The notes under the pieces: generated by a model
Seen by the model: only the letters and a program-made list of their open reading frames with translations
What the model was told of the DNA's origin: nothing
Database searches by the model: none
Made by a program: the position numbers and the translations under genes
NCBI GenBank assembly: GCA_037444845.1
Contig: JBBILQ010000008.1
Span: forward strand, 385-64,384
Origin: Candidatus Aminicenantes bacterium
Lineage (GTDB): Bacteria > Acidobacteriota > Aminicenantia > Aminicenantales > UBA8522
DNA length: 64,000 bases
Direction: 5' to 3'
In this document: positions 1-8,880 of the stretch, in pieces
Position numbering within the stretch: position 1 is the first letter of the stretch
Layout: the number at the start of each line of letters is the position of its first letter

Positions 1-53
1 CCCCCGATAAGCTTAAGGAAGTCATGGATGAGCCCGGAATATATGACGTTTAA
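1..53 (+). CDS. 3' end of probable antitoxin (partial, runs off window start)
   Basis: Frame 3 reads PDKLKEVMDEPGIYDV* (TAA 51-53) and overlaps the ATG at 43 of the PIN gene, the usual type II TA arrangement. Identity inferred from position only. Confidence 0.45.
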   Translation, partial: PDKLKEVMDEPGIYDV

Positions 54-546
54 AGATATTCAGGAGGGAGCGGAAGTCTTTGTTGATGCCAGTATTTTTA
101 TTTATCATTTCACGGGAAATTCTGACGAATGTTCGGATGTCTTAGCCCGCTGTGAAGCCGGCGAATTCAATGGAGTGACATCGGCGATCGTCGTGGCCGA
201 AGTGGTGCATCGGCTGATGTTAGCCGAAGCCAGCCTTAAGAAACTCGCCAAAGCTCCCCAAATTGCACGAAAGCTCAAAGAACGGCCAGAGATTGTCTGC
301 CGGTTAGCGGATTATTTTGTTGCCGTCCAGGCGATTTTTGAAATGGGCATCAAGGTCTATCCTTTAACGCCGGAGTTGATTTTGAGCAGCCAGGCCATCC
401 GCTCCCGCTACGGACTGATGGTCAATGACTCGTTGATTGCGGCGACCATGAGAGAGGCAGGCGTTGAGGCTCTGGCGACGAACGACGTTGGATTTTCCAG
501 AGTGGAATGGATCAAAGTCTACAGGCCGGGGGACTTGAAGGAGTGA
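43..546 (+). CDS. vapC: PIN-domain ribonuclease, VapC-like toxin
   Basis: VFVDASIFIY, VVAEV, GLMVNDSLIAA and ATNDVGF carry the conserved acidic PIN residues. Start 43 preferred over 28. Confidence 0.85.
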   Translation: MTFKDIQEGAEVFVDASIFIYHFTGNSDECSDVLARCEAGEFNGVTSAIVVAEVVHRLMLAEASLKKLAKAPQIARKLKERPEIVCRLADYFVAVQAIFEMGIKVYPLTPELILSSQAIRSRYGLMVNDSLIAATMREAGVEALATNDVGFSRVEWIKVYRPGDLKE

Positions 547-553
547 GAATGAA

Positions 554-1378
554 ATGAGATTTTCATTCATTCTTGCTCTGAGCCTGGCCTTCATCAACTG
601 CGCGTCGGCTCCCCGGGAGAAGCCAACCCTTCCCAAAGAAAAAGATCCTCAATATCAATACGAATTGGCTCAGACAGCCCTGCGCTACGGCCTGGAGGAT
701 GAAGCGATTAAATATCTGAATCAGGCGACAACCCTGGACCCTAACCATTATCCTTCTTTTTATCTGCTTGGGGTCATCCAGTCGCAAAAACGCAATTTCT
801 TGGAAGCAGAAAAAGCCTTCCTCAAGTGCCTGGAGTTGAAGCCCGACCAGGCCGACGCTCACCTGAGGCTTGGCGTCGTCTTCGAGGAAATGCTGGAACC
901 TGCCAAGGCGGAAGAGGAGTATAAGAAGGCTTACGCCATTAACGGGAATGTTGAATCCCTTATTAACCTGGCCAAGCTTTATTATGACCAGAAGAAGCTT
1001 GATCTGGCCCTGGAGACGGTTCAAAAAGCCACCGAGAAGGAAAATCCTCCCTTTCCAGCTTTTAACTTGCAGGGCGTCATTTTGAATGAACTCGGCCGGT
1101 ATCCGGAGGCCATCTCCAGGTTTCAGAATGCCCTGAGAATTGACCCGCAGAGCGATGTCGCCAGGATCAACCTGGCCGTTGCCCTCGTCAATAACGGGAA
1201 TTTGAACGAAGCCCGTGAGCTTTTGGAGAAAACACTCGAACGGATGAAAGATCAGAACCTTAAGAAGCGGATCCTTGAATACCTGGAGAAAATCAAGAAG
1301 CTAAATTCAGGGGACACGATCCCAATTCCAGAGAATTTGGTCATGTCCCCTGAGTTACTCTCGATTCTTACGCGCTGA
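554..1378 (+). CDS. TPR-repeat lipoprotein
   Basis: Signal peptide with lipobox-like AFINC followed by about 6 TPR repeats. The last ~25 codons run through a palindromic element. Confidence 0.85.
   Translation: MRFSFILALSLAFINCASAPREKPTLPKEKDPQYQYELAQTALRYGLEDEAIKYLNQATTLDPNHYPSFYLLGVIQSQKRNFLEAEKAFLKCLELKPDQADAHLRLGVVFEEMLEPAKAEEEYKKAYAINGNVESLINLAKLYYDQKKLDLALETVQKATEKENPPFPAFNLQGVILNELGRYPEAISRFQNALRIDPQSDVARINLAVALVNNGNLNEARELLEKTLERMKDQNLKKRILEYLEKIKKLNSGDTIPIPENLVMSPELLSILTR
1304..1356. repeat. REP-like palindromic element (GGGGACA...TGTCCCC type)
   Basis: AATTCAGGGGACA (1304-1316) pairs with TGTCCCCTGAGTT (1344-1356) with one G-T; inner AATTC/GAATT stem. Confidence 0.7.
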
Positions 1379-1381
1379 ACC

Positions 1382-2845
1382 TCATTTGATGATGCCGGCC
1401 CTCTCCTTATCGATGATGCTCTTGAGGTCGATTTCTTCAACAGGTCCAAAGTCATCCAGCGGCTTGTCGAACCTCTTCTTGTCGCCGCAGACAACGATCA
1501 TCATCCGGCCGGGTTCGAGGTGTTTCTTGGCCGCTTCCAGCACGCCCTCCTTGGTCACCCTTTTGATGTTTTCGACGTATTTTTCCAGGTAGTCCTCAGG
1601 ATAGCCCTGCAGGGCATAATTTATTTTTTGCATGAGGATGGAAAGCTTCGATTCGAACCGGAAGACGAAGCTGTTGATCATGTAGTTTCTGGCCTCTTCC
1701 ATTTCCTCATCCTTGATCAGCCCGGCCTGCATGCTTTTGACAATCTCTTCGATGAGCGGCAGGGCTTCGCCGAGGCTATCGGCCTTCAAGGTGGAAGCAA
1801 TCGTGAACGAGCCCCTGTCCCTACCAGAGCCGGCCCCGCCGTAGATGCCGTATGTCCAGCCGCGGTTGGAACGGAGTTCCCGCATCAGCCTCGAGCTGAA
1901 CCCGCCTCCGCCGAGGACGTAGTTCATGACCTCCAGCTTGTACTGGTCGGGGTGGTTGCGGCGGACGCCGAAGTGGCCGAGAGCGATGTTGGCCTGGGGA
2001 GTGTCTTTGTACACATAGTAGACGATTTTCCTGACGTCATCCTGAACAGGCGGGACGGGCAGGTACTCTATCTTTTTCGGCTCCCATTTCTTGAAGGTTT
2101 TGTCGAGAAGCTTCTTGACCTCGGCGCTGGAGATGTCTCCGGTGACTCCGATGGTCGTGTTGTTGGGAGCAAAATATTTTTTATGGAAAGCAATCAAATC
2201 CTCCCGGCTGATGTTGTCAAGCGTGGCGAACGCGGTTCTTCTGGCATAGGGGCTCTCGGCGCCGTAGAGCTTTTCATTGAAAATCAGGTTGGCCACGGAG
2301 AAGGGCATGTCCCATCGCCGCCTGATCGTCTCCTTCATTTGGTTTTTGGCCAGGTCTATCTTTTCCTGGCTGAAGGCCGGAGCGGTCAAGATGTCCGAGC
2401 AGACCTCGAGAACTCTGGGGAAGTCTTTTTTCAGACAGGATAGGCTTACCAGACCGAATTCCGAGCCGATGTTTGTTTCGACCCTGGCAGCCAGGAACTC
2501 GAGCTCTTCGTCGATCTCATCGCCGGTCATCCTAACTGTTCCTCCCGTCCTCATGACCGTTCCCACCAAGCTGGCCAGGCCGGCCTTGTCAGCCGGCTCA
2601 TAAAGAGAGCCGGTCTTGAAGTACCCGATCAGGCTGACGGTGGGAAGTTCCCGGTCTTCTATGTAATAGACTGTGATTCCCCTGGCAGCCAGGAACTTCT
2701 GGATAGCCGGCGGAGTGAACTTGAGGGGCTCCGGTTTCCCGAGGTCGGAGGGATGCTTCTGAGCCTGGAGAAAAATTCCGCAGGCAAAGAGGAGAAAAAA
2801 TATGGCTATGCCCAGGAAAATTTTGTCGTTCCTTCTTTTCTTCAT
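1382..2845 (-). CDS. M16 family peptidase, non-catalytic subunit, secreted
   Basis: M16 fold motifs (GLASLVGTVMRTGG, LGGGGFSSRLMRELR) without HxxEH; signal peptide; GGAGG RBS before ATG 2845. Confidence 0.88.
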   Translation of the reverse strand: MKKRRNDKIFLGIAIFFLLFACGIFLQAQKHPSDLGKPEPLKFTPPAIQKFLAARGITVYYIEDRELPTVSLIGYFKTGSLYEPADKAGLASLVGTVMRTGGTVRMTGDEIDEELEFLAARVETNIGSEFGLVSLSCLKKDFPRVLEVCSDILTAPAFSQEKIDLAKNQMKETIRRRWDMPFSVANLIFNEKLYGAESPYARRTAFATLDNISREDLIAFHKKYFAPNNTTIGVTGDISSAEVKKLLDKTFKKWEPKKIEYLPVPPVQDDVRKIVYYVYKDTPQANIALGHFGVRRNHPDQYKLEVMNYVLGGGGFSSRLMRELRSNRGWTYGIYGGAGSGRDRGSFTIASTLKADSLGEALPLIEEIVKSMQAGLIKDEEMEEARNYMINSFVFRFESKLSILMQKINYALQGYPEDYLEKYVENIKRVTKEGVLEAAKKHLEPGRMMIVVCGDKKRFDKPLDDFGPVEEIDLKSIIDKERAGIIK

Positions 2846-2855
2846 TTTCTCCCTC

Positions 2856-4385
2856 CTATTTTTTGACATCGGCCTGTTTTTTGATCAGGCAAGCGACAGT
2901 CCTGTTTTGCACGGTGAAATATTCCTTGGCCGCCTCCATGATGTCCTCAGGCCCGACCTTGGCGATTTCTTCCTTATACCGCAGCATGTTCCTCCAGTCG
3001 CCGAAGAAGAGCTGTTCTCTCATCAGCCGGAAGGCCATGCCGAAATTGCTCCTGAGACTCAGGATGAAGGATGCCTCGATCTGGTTCTTGATTTTTTCCA
3101 GCTCTTTGGCCTCGACGGGCTCGACTTTGAGTTTTTCCAGATGCTCGGAAACGGCGTTTTCTACGTCTTCGTTGGTGTGCGGATGCCGGGGCGTGACTGA
3201 AATCATGAACAGGTTGTCGTACCGTATGCCCGGGAACGAGGCGGTCGCCGAGACGCTCACGGCTACCTGCTTCGTTTTCACTAAGTCTTTATACAGGCGG
3301 GAGCTTCTTCCGGTAGTCAAGATGGAGGCGATGACGTCCAGGACATGAGCGTGTTTATGGGGGTAAGTGGGCTTGTGAAAACCGATGAGAATCTGCGGCT
3401 CAGCGTCGAAAGCAATCTTGGCTCTTCGCTCGCCGAGTTGTTTCGGCTCCTTTGTCCGCAGGATTGGAGGCTCGGGACCGCGGGGGATGTCGGCGAAATA
3501 TTTCTCGATGAGGGGAATGGCCTTTTCCGGGTAGATGTCACCGACTAAGGCAACGACGCAGTTGTTGGGCGTGTAATACTTGCTTTTGAATTCTACCGCC
3601 TCCTCCAGAGTGACGGAGTTGATGTCTGAAGCCCAGCCGACCACGGGATGGCCGTAGGGATGAGCAAGGAAGGCCGCCGCCAGGAAGATTTCGGAGAGCT
3701 GCCGCATGGGAATGGCTTCAGTTGTCTGTTTTCTCTCTTCCTGGACGACACCTCTCTCGGTGTAGAACTCGCGGAGGACGGCGTTCTTGACCCGTTCTGA
3801 TTCCATCAAGCAGAAAAGATCGAGCTGGTTTGAGGGCAGGCTGATGAGGTAAAAAGTAGCGTCCGTCCCCGTTCCGGCATTAAGCCCGACCCCGCCGGCG
3901 TTGGAGTAGATCTGGTCGATTTCATCCTTGACGATGTATTTCTTCTGCTCTTTCTCGAGTTCGGCCATTTCTTTCTTCAGCTTTTCGACCTTTCCCTTGT
4001 CTGCCAGGTCTCCTTTAATCAGTTCTCTGGAGATCTCGGCGCCGAGCGCGTTTATTTTCTCCATGATAATTACTTCCTTTTCGAAATCCCTGGTGCCGAT
4101 CCGGGGAGTCCCCTTAAAGGCCATGTGCTCGAAGAGGTGGGCCAGGCCGGTTATGCCGGGGACCTCGTCGACGCTCCCAACCTTGAACCCGTACACGGCG
4201 CTGAAAACGGGGACTTCGTGCCTTTCCATGAAGATGAACGTCAAGCCGTTGGCGAGCGTATGGACTTTGACCCTGGGTTCAATATCCTGGCCAAGAAGGG
4301 ATGGCATCGGCCAGATGAGCATGAAGAAGAGCATAAAGATCAGGCAGGCCTTCGGCCTTGTCGGATTACTCGATGGCATAGTCAT
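2856..4385 (-). CDS. M16 family zinc peptidase, catalytic subunit, secreted
   Basis: GLAHLFEHMAFKG (HxxEH), NAGT and HPYGHPVVG motifs; GGAGG RBS before ATG 4385. Confidence 0.92.
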   Translation of the reverse strand: MTMPSSNPTRPKACLIFMLFFMLIWPMPSLLGQDIEPRVKVHTLANGLTFIFMERHEVPVFSAVYGFKVGSVDEVPGITGLAHLFEHMAFKGTPRIGTRDFEKEVIIMEKINALGAEISRELIKGDLADKGKVEKLKKEMAELEKEQKKYIVKDEIDQIYSNAGGVGLNAGTGTDATFYLISLPSNQLDLFCLMESERVKNAVLREFYTERGVVQEERKQTTEAIPMRQLSEIFLAAAFLAHPYGHPVVGWASDINSVTLEEAVEFKSKYYTPNNCVVALVGDIYPEKAIPLIEKYFADIPRGPEPPILRTKEPKQLGERRAKIAFDAEPQILIGFHKPTYPHKHAHVLDVIASILTTGRSSRLYKDLVKTKQVAVSVSATASFPGIRYDNLFMISVTPRHPHTNEDVENAVSEHLEKLKVEPVEAKELEKIKNQIEASFILSLRSNFGMAFRLMREQLFFGDWRNMLRYKEEIAKVGPEDIMEAAKEYFTVQNRTVACLIKKQADVKK

Positions 4386-4615
4386 CTTTTTTCCTCCTTC
4401 TTTTATTTTGAATTCCCGATAAAAATAAAAATAATCACCTCCGAACAAATGATCGTTCCCGCTTAAAGCCTCAGAATTTTTTTGACCCCTAAATAGAATA
4501 TCGCTTCGGGCTGACAAATGTCAATAGACGGAGCCTGAACCGGTTGAGGTTCTCTTTGGACTATGATACATAATAAAAGATCATTCTGTCGAATGCCATC
4601 ATAAGGAGTCATTTT

Positions 4616-5704
4616 ATGGCCAAGTTTGAAGGAGTGAAGTGGGCGCCCCGGCAGATGAGATACACCCTGACAGAAAAGCAGTTCGAGATCGCCGAGCCCG
4701 ACGCCAGGGTTTTTGCCGTCTCCCGGTCCATCCACTATGGACTGTTCCTGGCCTTCGAGGGCATCCGCTTTTACTGCAAGAAAAACGGCCGGGGAGACTG
4801 TGAGGTCATATTTCTCAACTGGCACAAGAACCTCGAACGGTTCCAGAAGGGGATCGCTTTTAATTTGAGCAGCGACCAGCAAGCGCTTGTCCCGGAGATC
4901 GAGGAGCTGGAGCATCTGTTCATCCATCTTTACTTCAAAGAACCCGCCATGAGGGCGTTCTTGGAGGAGATGGCTGGACTCGGAGCCCAGGGCTACCTCC
5001 GGCCGTTCACGGTGGATGAAGAGCAGAGTATCGGCGTGACCTTTCCCGCTCAGCCTTCCATCCGGGCCATGGCCTGCCGCTACGACCGATACCTGGGAGA
5101 GCCCTTTTGCGGGGCTGTGGTTCCCCATCTGGTCCGCGCCGTTGGCGTCAACAAGACCGGCTGCCTCAAGCTGGGCATCAACTATCTCATGAGCGTTAAG
5201 GCCATAGACGAGGCGAAAAAGCTCTGCCCGGAAGCAGCCTCAGCCCTCTTCCTGGATGACAACCCGCAGGCCCCGATTGCCGAACGGCAGGTCAGCGAGT
5301 GGGATTCCTCCTGTTGCTTGTTTGGCCTCCGCGAGGGGAAGGTGATCAAGATTCCGGAGAGCAGCCTCATCCTCCCTTCGGTGACAATCCAGGGAATCGT
5401 GGCGATCCTGAGGGAAATGGGCGTGCCTGTGGAAGAAAGACCCTTGACCTACGGAGAGCTTGTTGATCGAGTGAAGGCAGGAGAGCTTGTCGTGGCTTCG
5501 AGCGTCGGCACAGCCGGCATCCTGAACAGGTGCGCAAAGCTTGTGTTAGTCGATGACAAAGGCGGTATTCTCACTACCCATACGCCTGACGCGAGCCATC
5601 CGCTTTTCGAGAAACTGGGGAAGGCAAGAGAGACCTACCGGGACATCTATCAGGAGAAGGTGAAAGTCCCGGCCGGTCTCAGACTCTTTAAATACGTCCT
5701 CTGA
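4616..5704 (+). CDS. Divergent class IV PLP aminotransferase (IlvE/BCAT-like)
   Basis: HYGLFLAFEGIRFY, YLRPF, LKLGINY (PLP lysine), VSE, ILPSVT and SVGTAG align with BCAT motifs. Confidence 0.8.
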   Translation: MAKFEGVKWAPRQMRYTLTEKQFEIAEPDARVFAVSRSIHYGLFLAFEGIRFYCKKNGRGDCEVIFLNWHKNLERFQKGIAFNLSSDQQALVPEIEELEHLFIHLYFKEPAMRAFLEEMAGLGAQGYLRPFTVDEEQSIGVTFPAQPSIRAMACRYDRYLGEPFCGAVVPHLVRAVGVNKTGCLKLGINYLMSVKAIDEAKKLCPEAASALFLDDNPQAPIAERQVSEWDSSCCLFGLREGKVIKIPESSLILPSVTIQGIVAILREMGVPVEERPLTYGELVDRVKAGELVVASSVGTAGILNRCAKLVLVDDKGGILTTHTPDASHPLFEKLGKARETYRDIYQEKVKVPAGLRLFKYVL

Positions 5705-5798
5705 AGGACGGACTTTTGGCGCCCTCCCCTCGAGTTTTTTTCCTTATCTTTTTTCATAAAAATCCGCTTTTCGCCGAGATCCAAACGACGCGATATCG

Positions 5799-5827
5799 TT
5801 GACACGGCTTTCTTTCGCTTATATAAT
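5799..5827 (+). promoter_or_regulatory. Consensus sigma70 promoter for the csgG-like gene
   Basis: TTGACA (5799-5804), 17-nt spacer, TATAAT (5822-5827). Confidence 0.75.
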
Positions 5828-5850
5828 CCTGCCGTGATGAGGAGGGAAAC

Positions 5851-6603
5851 ATGAAGAAGGCGCTTATTCTATTTTCTCTTGCAACGATCTTCGGATTCTT
5901 GATGTCCTGCGCTCCCACGGCCACGGTGACCTCAGGCGGAGGCCCGTCGATCGCCGAAGCCAGAGCTGAACGGTATGATGGCCCCAAAGCTCGACTGGCC
6001 GTCGGCGAGTTCAGGGACAAAACAGCCAGGGGAGAAGGCCCGACTGGCTGGTTCGGGATGTTCGGCATCCATTTCAAAGAAATCGGCGATGGCATGAGAG
6101 ACATGCTGACCACGGCGCTTTTCAACTCCAACCGCTTCATTGTTCTGGAGAGAGAACAGTTAGACACCGTCCTCCAGGAACAGGACCTCGCGGCCTCAGG
6201 CAGGGTCAAGAAAGGGACCGAAGCTCCTACGGGCGAGATTTATGGCGCCGACTTGATCATCACGGCCGCCGTGACCGAGTTTGAAGGCGGAGCCAAGGGC
6301 GTCGGCGGCGAAACGCGGGTCCTGGGCGTGACTGTTGGAGGCGGGCTGACGAAAGCTCATATTGCCATAGACCTCAGGATCATCGATGCAACAACTTCCC
6401 AGATTGTCGCGGCGACGACAGTGGGAGGGAGCGCGACAAGCTTCGGAGCCGAGGGAGAGACAAATATCGGCGGAAGCCTCCCTGTAGCGCTGGGCGGATT
6501 TTCCAAAACCCCGACAGAAAAAGCTATCCGGGTCTGCATTCAAAAAGCCGTTGAGTACATCGCCAGCCGGACTCCGGCCGAGTACTACCGCCATAGGAAA
6601 TAA
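5851..6603 (+). CDS. CsgG/HfaB family lipoprotein
   Basis: Lipobox FLMSC; RLAVGEF, LTTALFNSNRFIVLEREQLD, GADLIITAAVTEFE and IDLRIIDATT motifs. Confidence 0.85.
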   Translation: MKKALILFSLATIFGFLMSCAPTATVTSGGGPSIAEARAERYDGPKARLAVGEFRDKTARGEGPTGWFGMFGIHFKEIGDGMRDMLTTALFNSNRFIVLEREQLDTVLQEQDLAASGRVKKGTEAPTGEIYGADLIITAAVTEFEGGAKGVGGETRVLGVTVGGGLTKAHIAIDLRIIDATTSQIVAATTVGGSATSFGAEGETNIGGSLPVALGGFSKTPTEKAIRVCIQKAVEYIASRTPAEYYRHRK

Positions 6604-6612
6604 TCGGCTCCC

Positions 6613-6627
6613 CGAGCTTCAAGCTCG
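6613..6627 (+). terminator. Short hairpin after csgG-like gene
   Basis: CGAGCT-TCA-AGCTCG followed by a T-rich tract; weak stem. Confidence 0.35.
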
Positions 6628-6647
6628 ATCTTTCTCTACCTACTTAC

Positions 6648-6747
6648 TATTATCCACGCAATTATTTATAAGGCGCCCCTCTTCCTCCCCCCTCGAGAGG
6701 AGAGGGAAAGGCTGGGGTGATATAACTTATTTATCGCGTTAATAATA
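6648..6747. mobile_element. 100-bp MITE-like element
   Basis: Ends TATTATCCACGCAAT and ATCGCGTTAATAATA are inverted repeats (12/15) with TA at both outer ends; GC-rich core related to the one at 13607-13695. Confidence 0.55.
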
Positions 6748-6805
6748 TTTCTGGACAAAGTCTCAGCGCTGGGCATTGATTGAGTAATTGATTCAGGGGC
6801 TTTGT

Positions 6806-8098
6806 TCAGAGCAGCAGCTTCTTTCGCCGGAACTTGAGCTTCATGGTCAGAACTCTGTCGGTGGAAAAGATGCGGGCAGCGATAAGGATCAGGGCGATAA
6901 AAAAGACTAACATATAAAGAAGGCCGCCAAAGACGGCGGTATAATTTTCCAGGAGCAGGTTCTGCGTCGTCAGGAAGGGATGAGAAAAGGGGATGGCATA
7001 AACGAAGAGTTTAACTGGAAGGGAAAGGTTTTTGATATCGGAGAAGAAGGAGAGGAAGTAGGGGATCATGACGAGAAAAATCAGCGGCATGATCAGGCTT
7101 TGGGCGCTCCGGTAATCTTCGGCCAGAACGCCGAGAATTGTGGCCATGGCCAGGGCGCAGAGGATGGCCAGGAAGAGAGAAATTCCGAGGATGAGGTAGC
7201 TGTTGGCGGTCGGGGCAAGGCCAAGCTCCTGGATGACCCTGCCCAAGCCCGCTGAGTCTACTGCCTGTCGCACATCGCCCATAAAACCTCCCATGTAATA
7301 CCTGAACCCGAACATATAGATGACGGCGGAAACCAGCCCGACGACAGCCGAGGCTAACATCTTGGTCGTGACGATGGACGTTCGGCTGATCGGGACGGTG
7401 AGCAACGTCTCTAAGGTTTTATTCTGCTTCTCCATGGCGATGGCCGAGATGACCATCTGCGAAGAATAGATAATGATCATCATCAGGATGATGGGGAGAA
7501 AAACGGATTGGGCGGAGACGAACCCTGCGATCGACGAGGCCGACCCTTCGGCCATCCTGGCTTTGACGATGACGAAATCCTTGCTCCGGACCGGTTTCTT
7601 GAGTTTTTCCGGGCTGAAGTCAGGAATTTTCTTTTTTAAGAAGTCATCGGAGATGTAGTTGTTGAGCGCGGATATGACGCTCCCCAAGATGACCGAACTC
7701 CTGCTTCCTACGAGGGAAAAGCTCCTCAAGAAAGAGTAGGTTTCCATCTCCTTCAACTCTAAGGCCGACAGGGATTCGCCGAAACCGGGGGGAATGACCA
7801 AAAGGAGGTTGATATCGCTTGCTTTTGTCCATTCCACGGCTTCCTCTTTGGATTTGCCCTGGAGCTTTTCTACGTGGAAACGGGCCATGTTGAGGCTATC
7901 GGTTAGCTGTTGGGAAAGTGTTGACGCGTCCAGGTCGAGGACCGCAATTTTCTGGGTCCGCATGGCCCTCTTCATCTCGCTTTTGGCCATCTGGCCGATG
8001 AAATAGAAAAGGAAAACCGTAAAAAGCAGAGAGATGAAGAGTTGCAGGGTGATAAGCTCTCTGATTTCCTTTGCCAGGAGGTTGAGGAATTTTTTCAT
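6806..8098 (-). CDS. ABC-2 type exporter permease (NatB-like)
   Basis: N-terminal TM, large loop, IAMEKQNKTLETLLTVPISR motif, several C-terminal TMs. Confidence 0.9.
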   Translation of the reverse strand: MKKFLNLLAKEIRELITLQLFISLLFTVFLFYFIGQMAKSEMKRAMRTQKIAVLDLDASTLSQQLTDSLNMARFHVEKLQGKSKEEAVEWTKASDINLLLVIPPGFGESLSALELKEMETYSFLRSFSLVGSRSSVILGSVISALNNYISDDFLKKKIPDFSPEKLKKPVRSKDFVIVKARMAEGSASSIAGFVSAQSVFLPIILMMIIIYSSQMVISAIAMEKQNKTLETLLTVPISRTSIVTTKMLASAVVGLVSAVIYMFGFRYYMGGFMGDVRQAVDSAGLGRVIQELGLAPTANSYLILGISLFLAILCALAMATILGVLAEDYRSAQSLIMPLIFLVMIPYFLSFFSDIKNLSLPVKLFVYAIPFSHPFLTTQNLLLENYTAVFGGLLYMLVFFIALILIAARIFSTDRVLTMKLKFRRKKLLL

Positions 8099-8817
8099 CT
8101 GAGGGCACTCCTGAAGACTTCTTCTAAGTTTCCGGCCTGGTATTTTTCTTTAAGCTCTTTCGAAGTGCCGGAATCCAGGATGACTCCCTTATCGATGAGA
8201 GCGACCCTGTCGGACAGGAACTCGATCTCGAGCATGTTGTGCGAGGACAGGAGCACGGAGATGCCTTCGGCGGCGAATTTCTTGATGATCTCTCTCACCT
8301 CCAGCGCGTTGATAACGTCGAGGCCTGAGGTGGGTTCGTCCAGGATGGCCAGGTCCGGCCTGGTCATGAGGGCCCGGCCGAGGAGGAGTTTCCTGACCAT
8401 CCCCTTTGAATACGTGCCGGCCTTCTCGTTGATCCGATTTCCCAGTCTGGCGATCGATTTGGCTCGATCCACAAACTCGCGGGTTTTCTCGTCGGAATCG
8501 GCGTAGAACCTGGCCATGAACTTCAAATAATCGATGCCCTTGAGGTTTCTGTACGCTCCGGCTTCTTCAGGAAGATAGCTGATTTTTTCACGGAATTTTT
8601 CCGGTTCCTTTTTCAGGTCGAAACCAAGAAACGTGACTTTGCCACCGGTGGCGGAGAGGAGAGTGGCCACGATGCGGAGAGCTGTCGTCTTTCCGGCCCC
8701 GTTCGGGCCGATGAGGGCGAAGATTTCTCCCGGTTTGACCTGGAAGTTGATGCCTTTGAGGGCTTCCAGGCTGCCGTAATTTTTTCTTAGGCCTTCGACT
8801 TCGAGGACTGAATCCAT
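8095..8817 (-). CDS. ABC exporter ATP-binding protein (NatA-like)
   Basis: GPNGAGKT Walker A, YSKGM signature, ILDEPTSGLD Walker B; 4-nt overlap with permease. Confidence 0.92.
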   Translation of the reverse strand: MDSVLEVEGLRKNYGSLEALKGINFQVKPGEIFALIGPNGAGKTTALRIVATLLSATGGKVTFLGFDLKKEPEKFREKISYLPEEAGAYRNLKGIDYLKFMARFYADSDEKTREFVDRAKSIARLGNRINEKAGTYSKGMVRKLLLGRALMTRPDLAILDEPTSGLDVINALEVREIIKKFAAEGISVLLSSHNMLEIEFLSDRVALIDKGVILDSGTSKELKEKYQAGNLEEVFRSALR

Positions 8818-8880
8818 ACAAACCTCCCGTTCTTCATACGCAGAGATTCTAATAAAGTTTGGGCCGATTTGCAAAACAGG

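Noticed and set aside
1520-2443. Long antisense ORFs (also 35099-36091, 44542-45228, 56686-57759, 59970-60737 and many shorter ones)
   Set aside because: They lie opposite well-supported genes, have no family motifs and are typical shadow frames at this GC content.
5715-5745. GCGCCCTCCCCTCGAG resembling the core of the 6648-6747 element
   Set aside because: Too short, no flanking inverted repeats; could be chance or part of a terminator.
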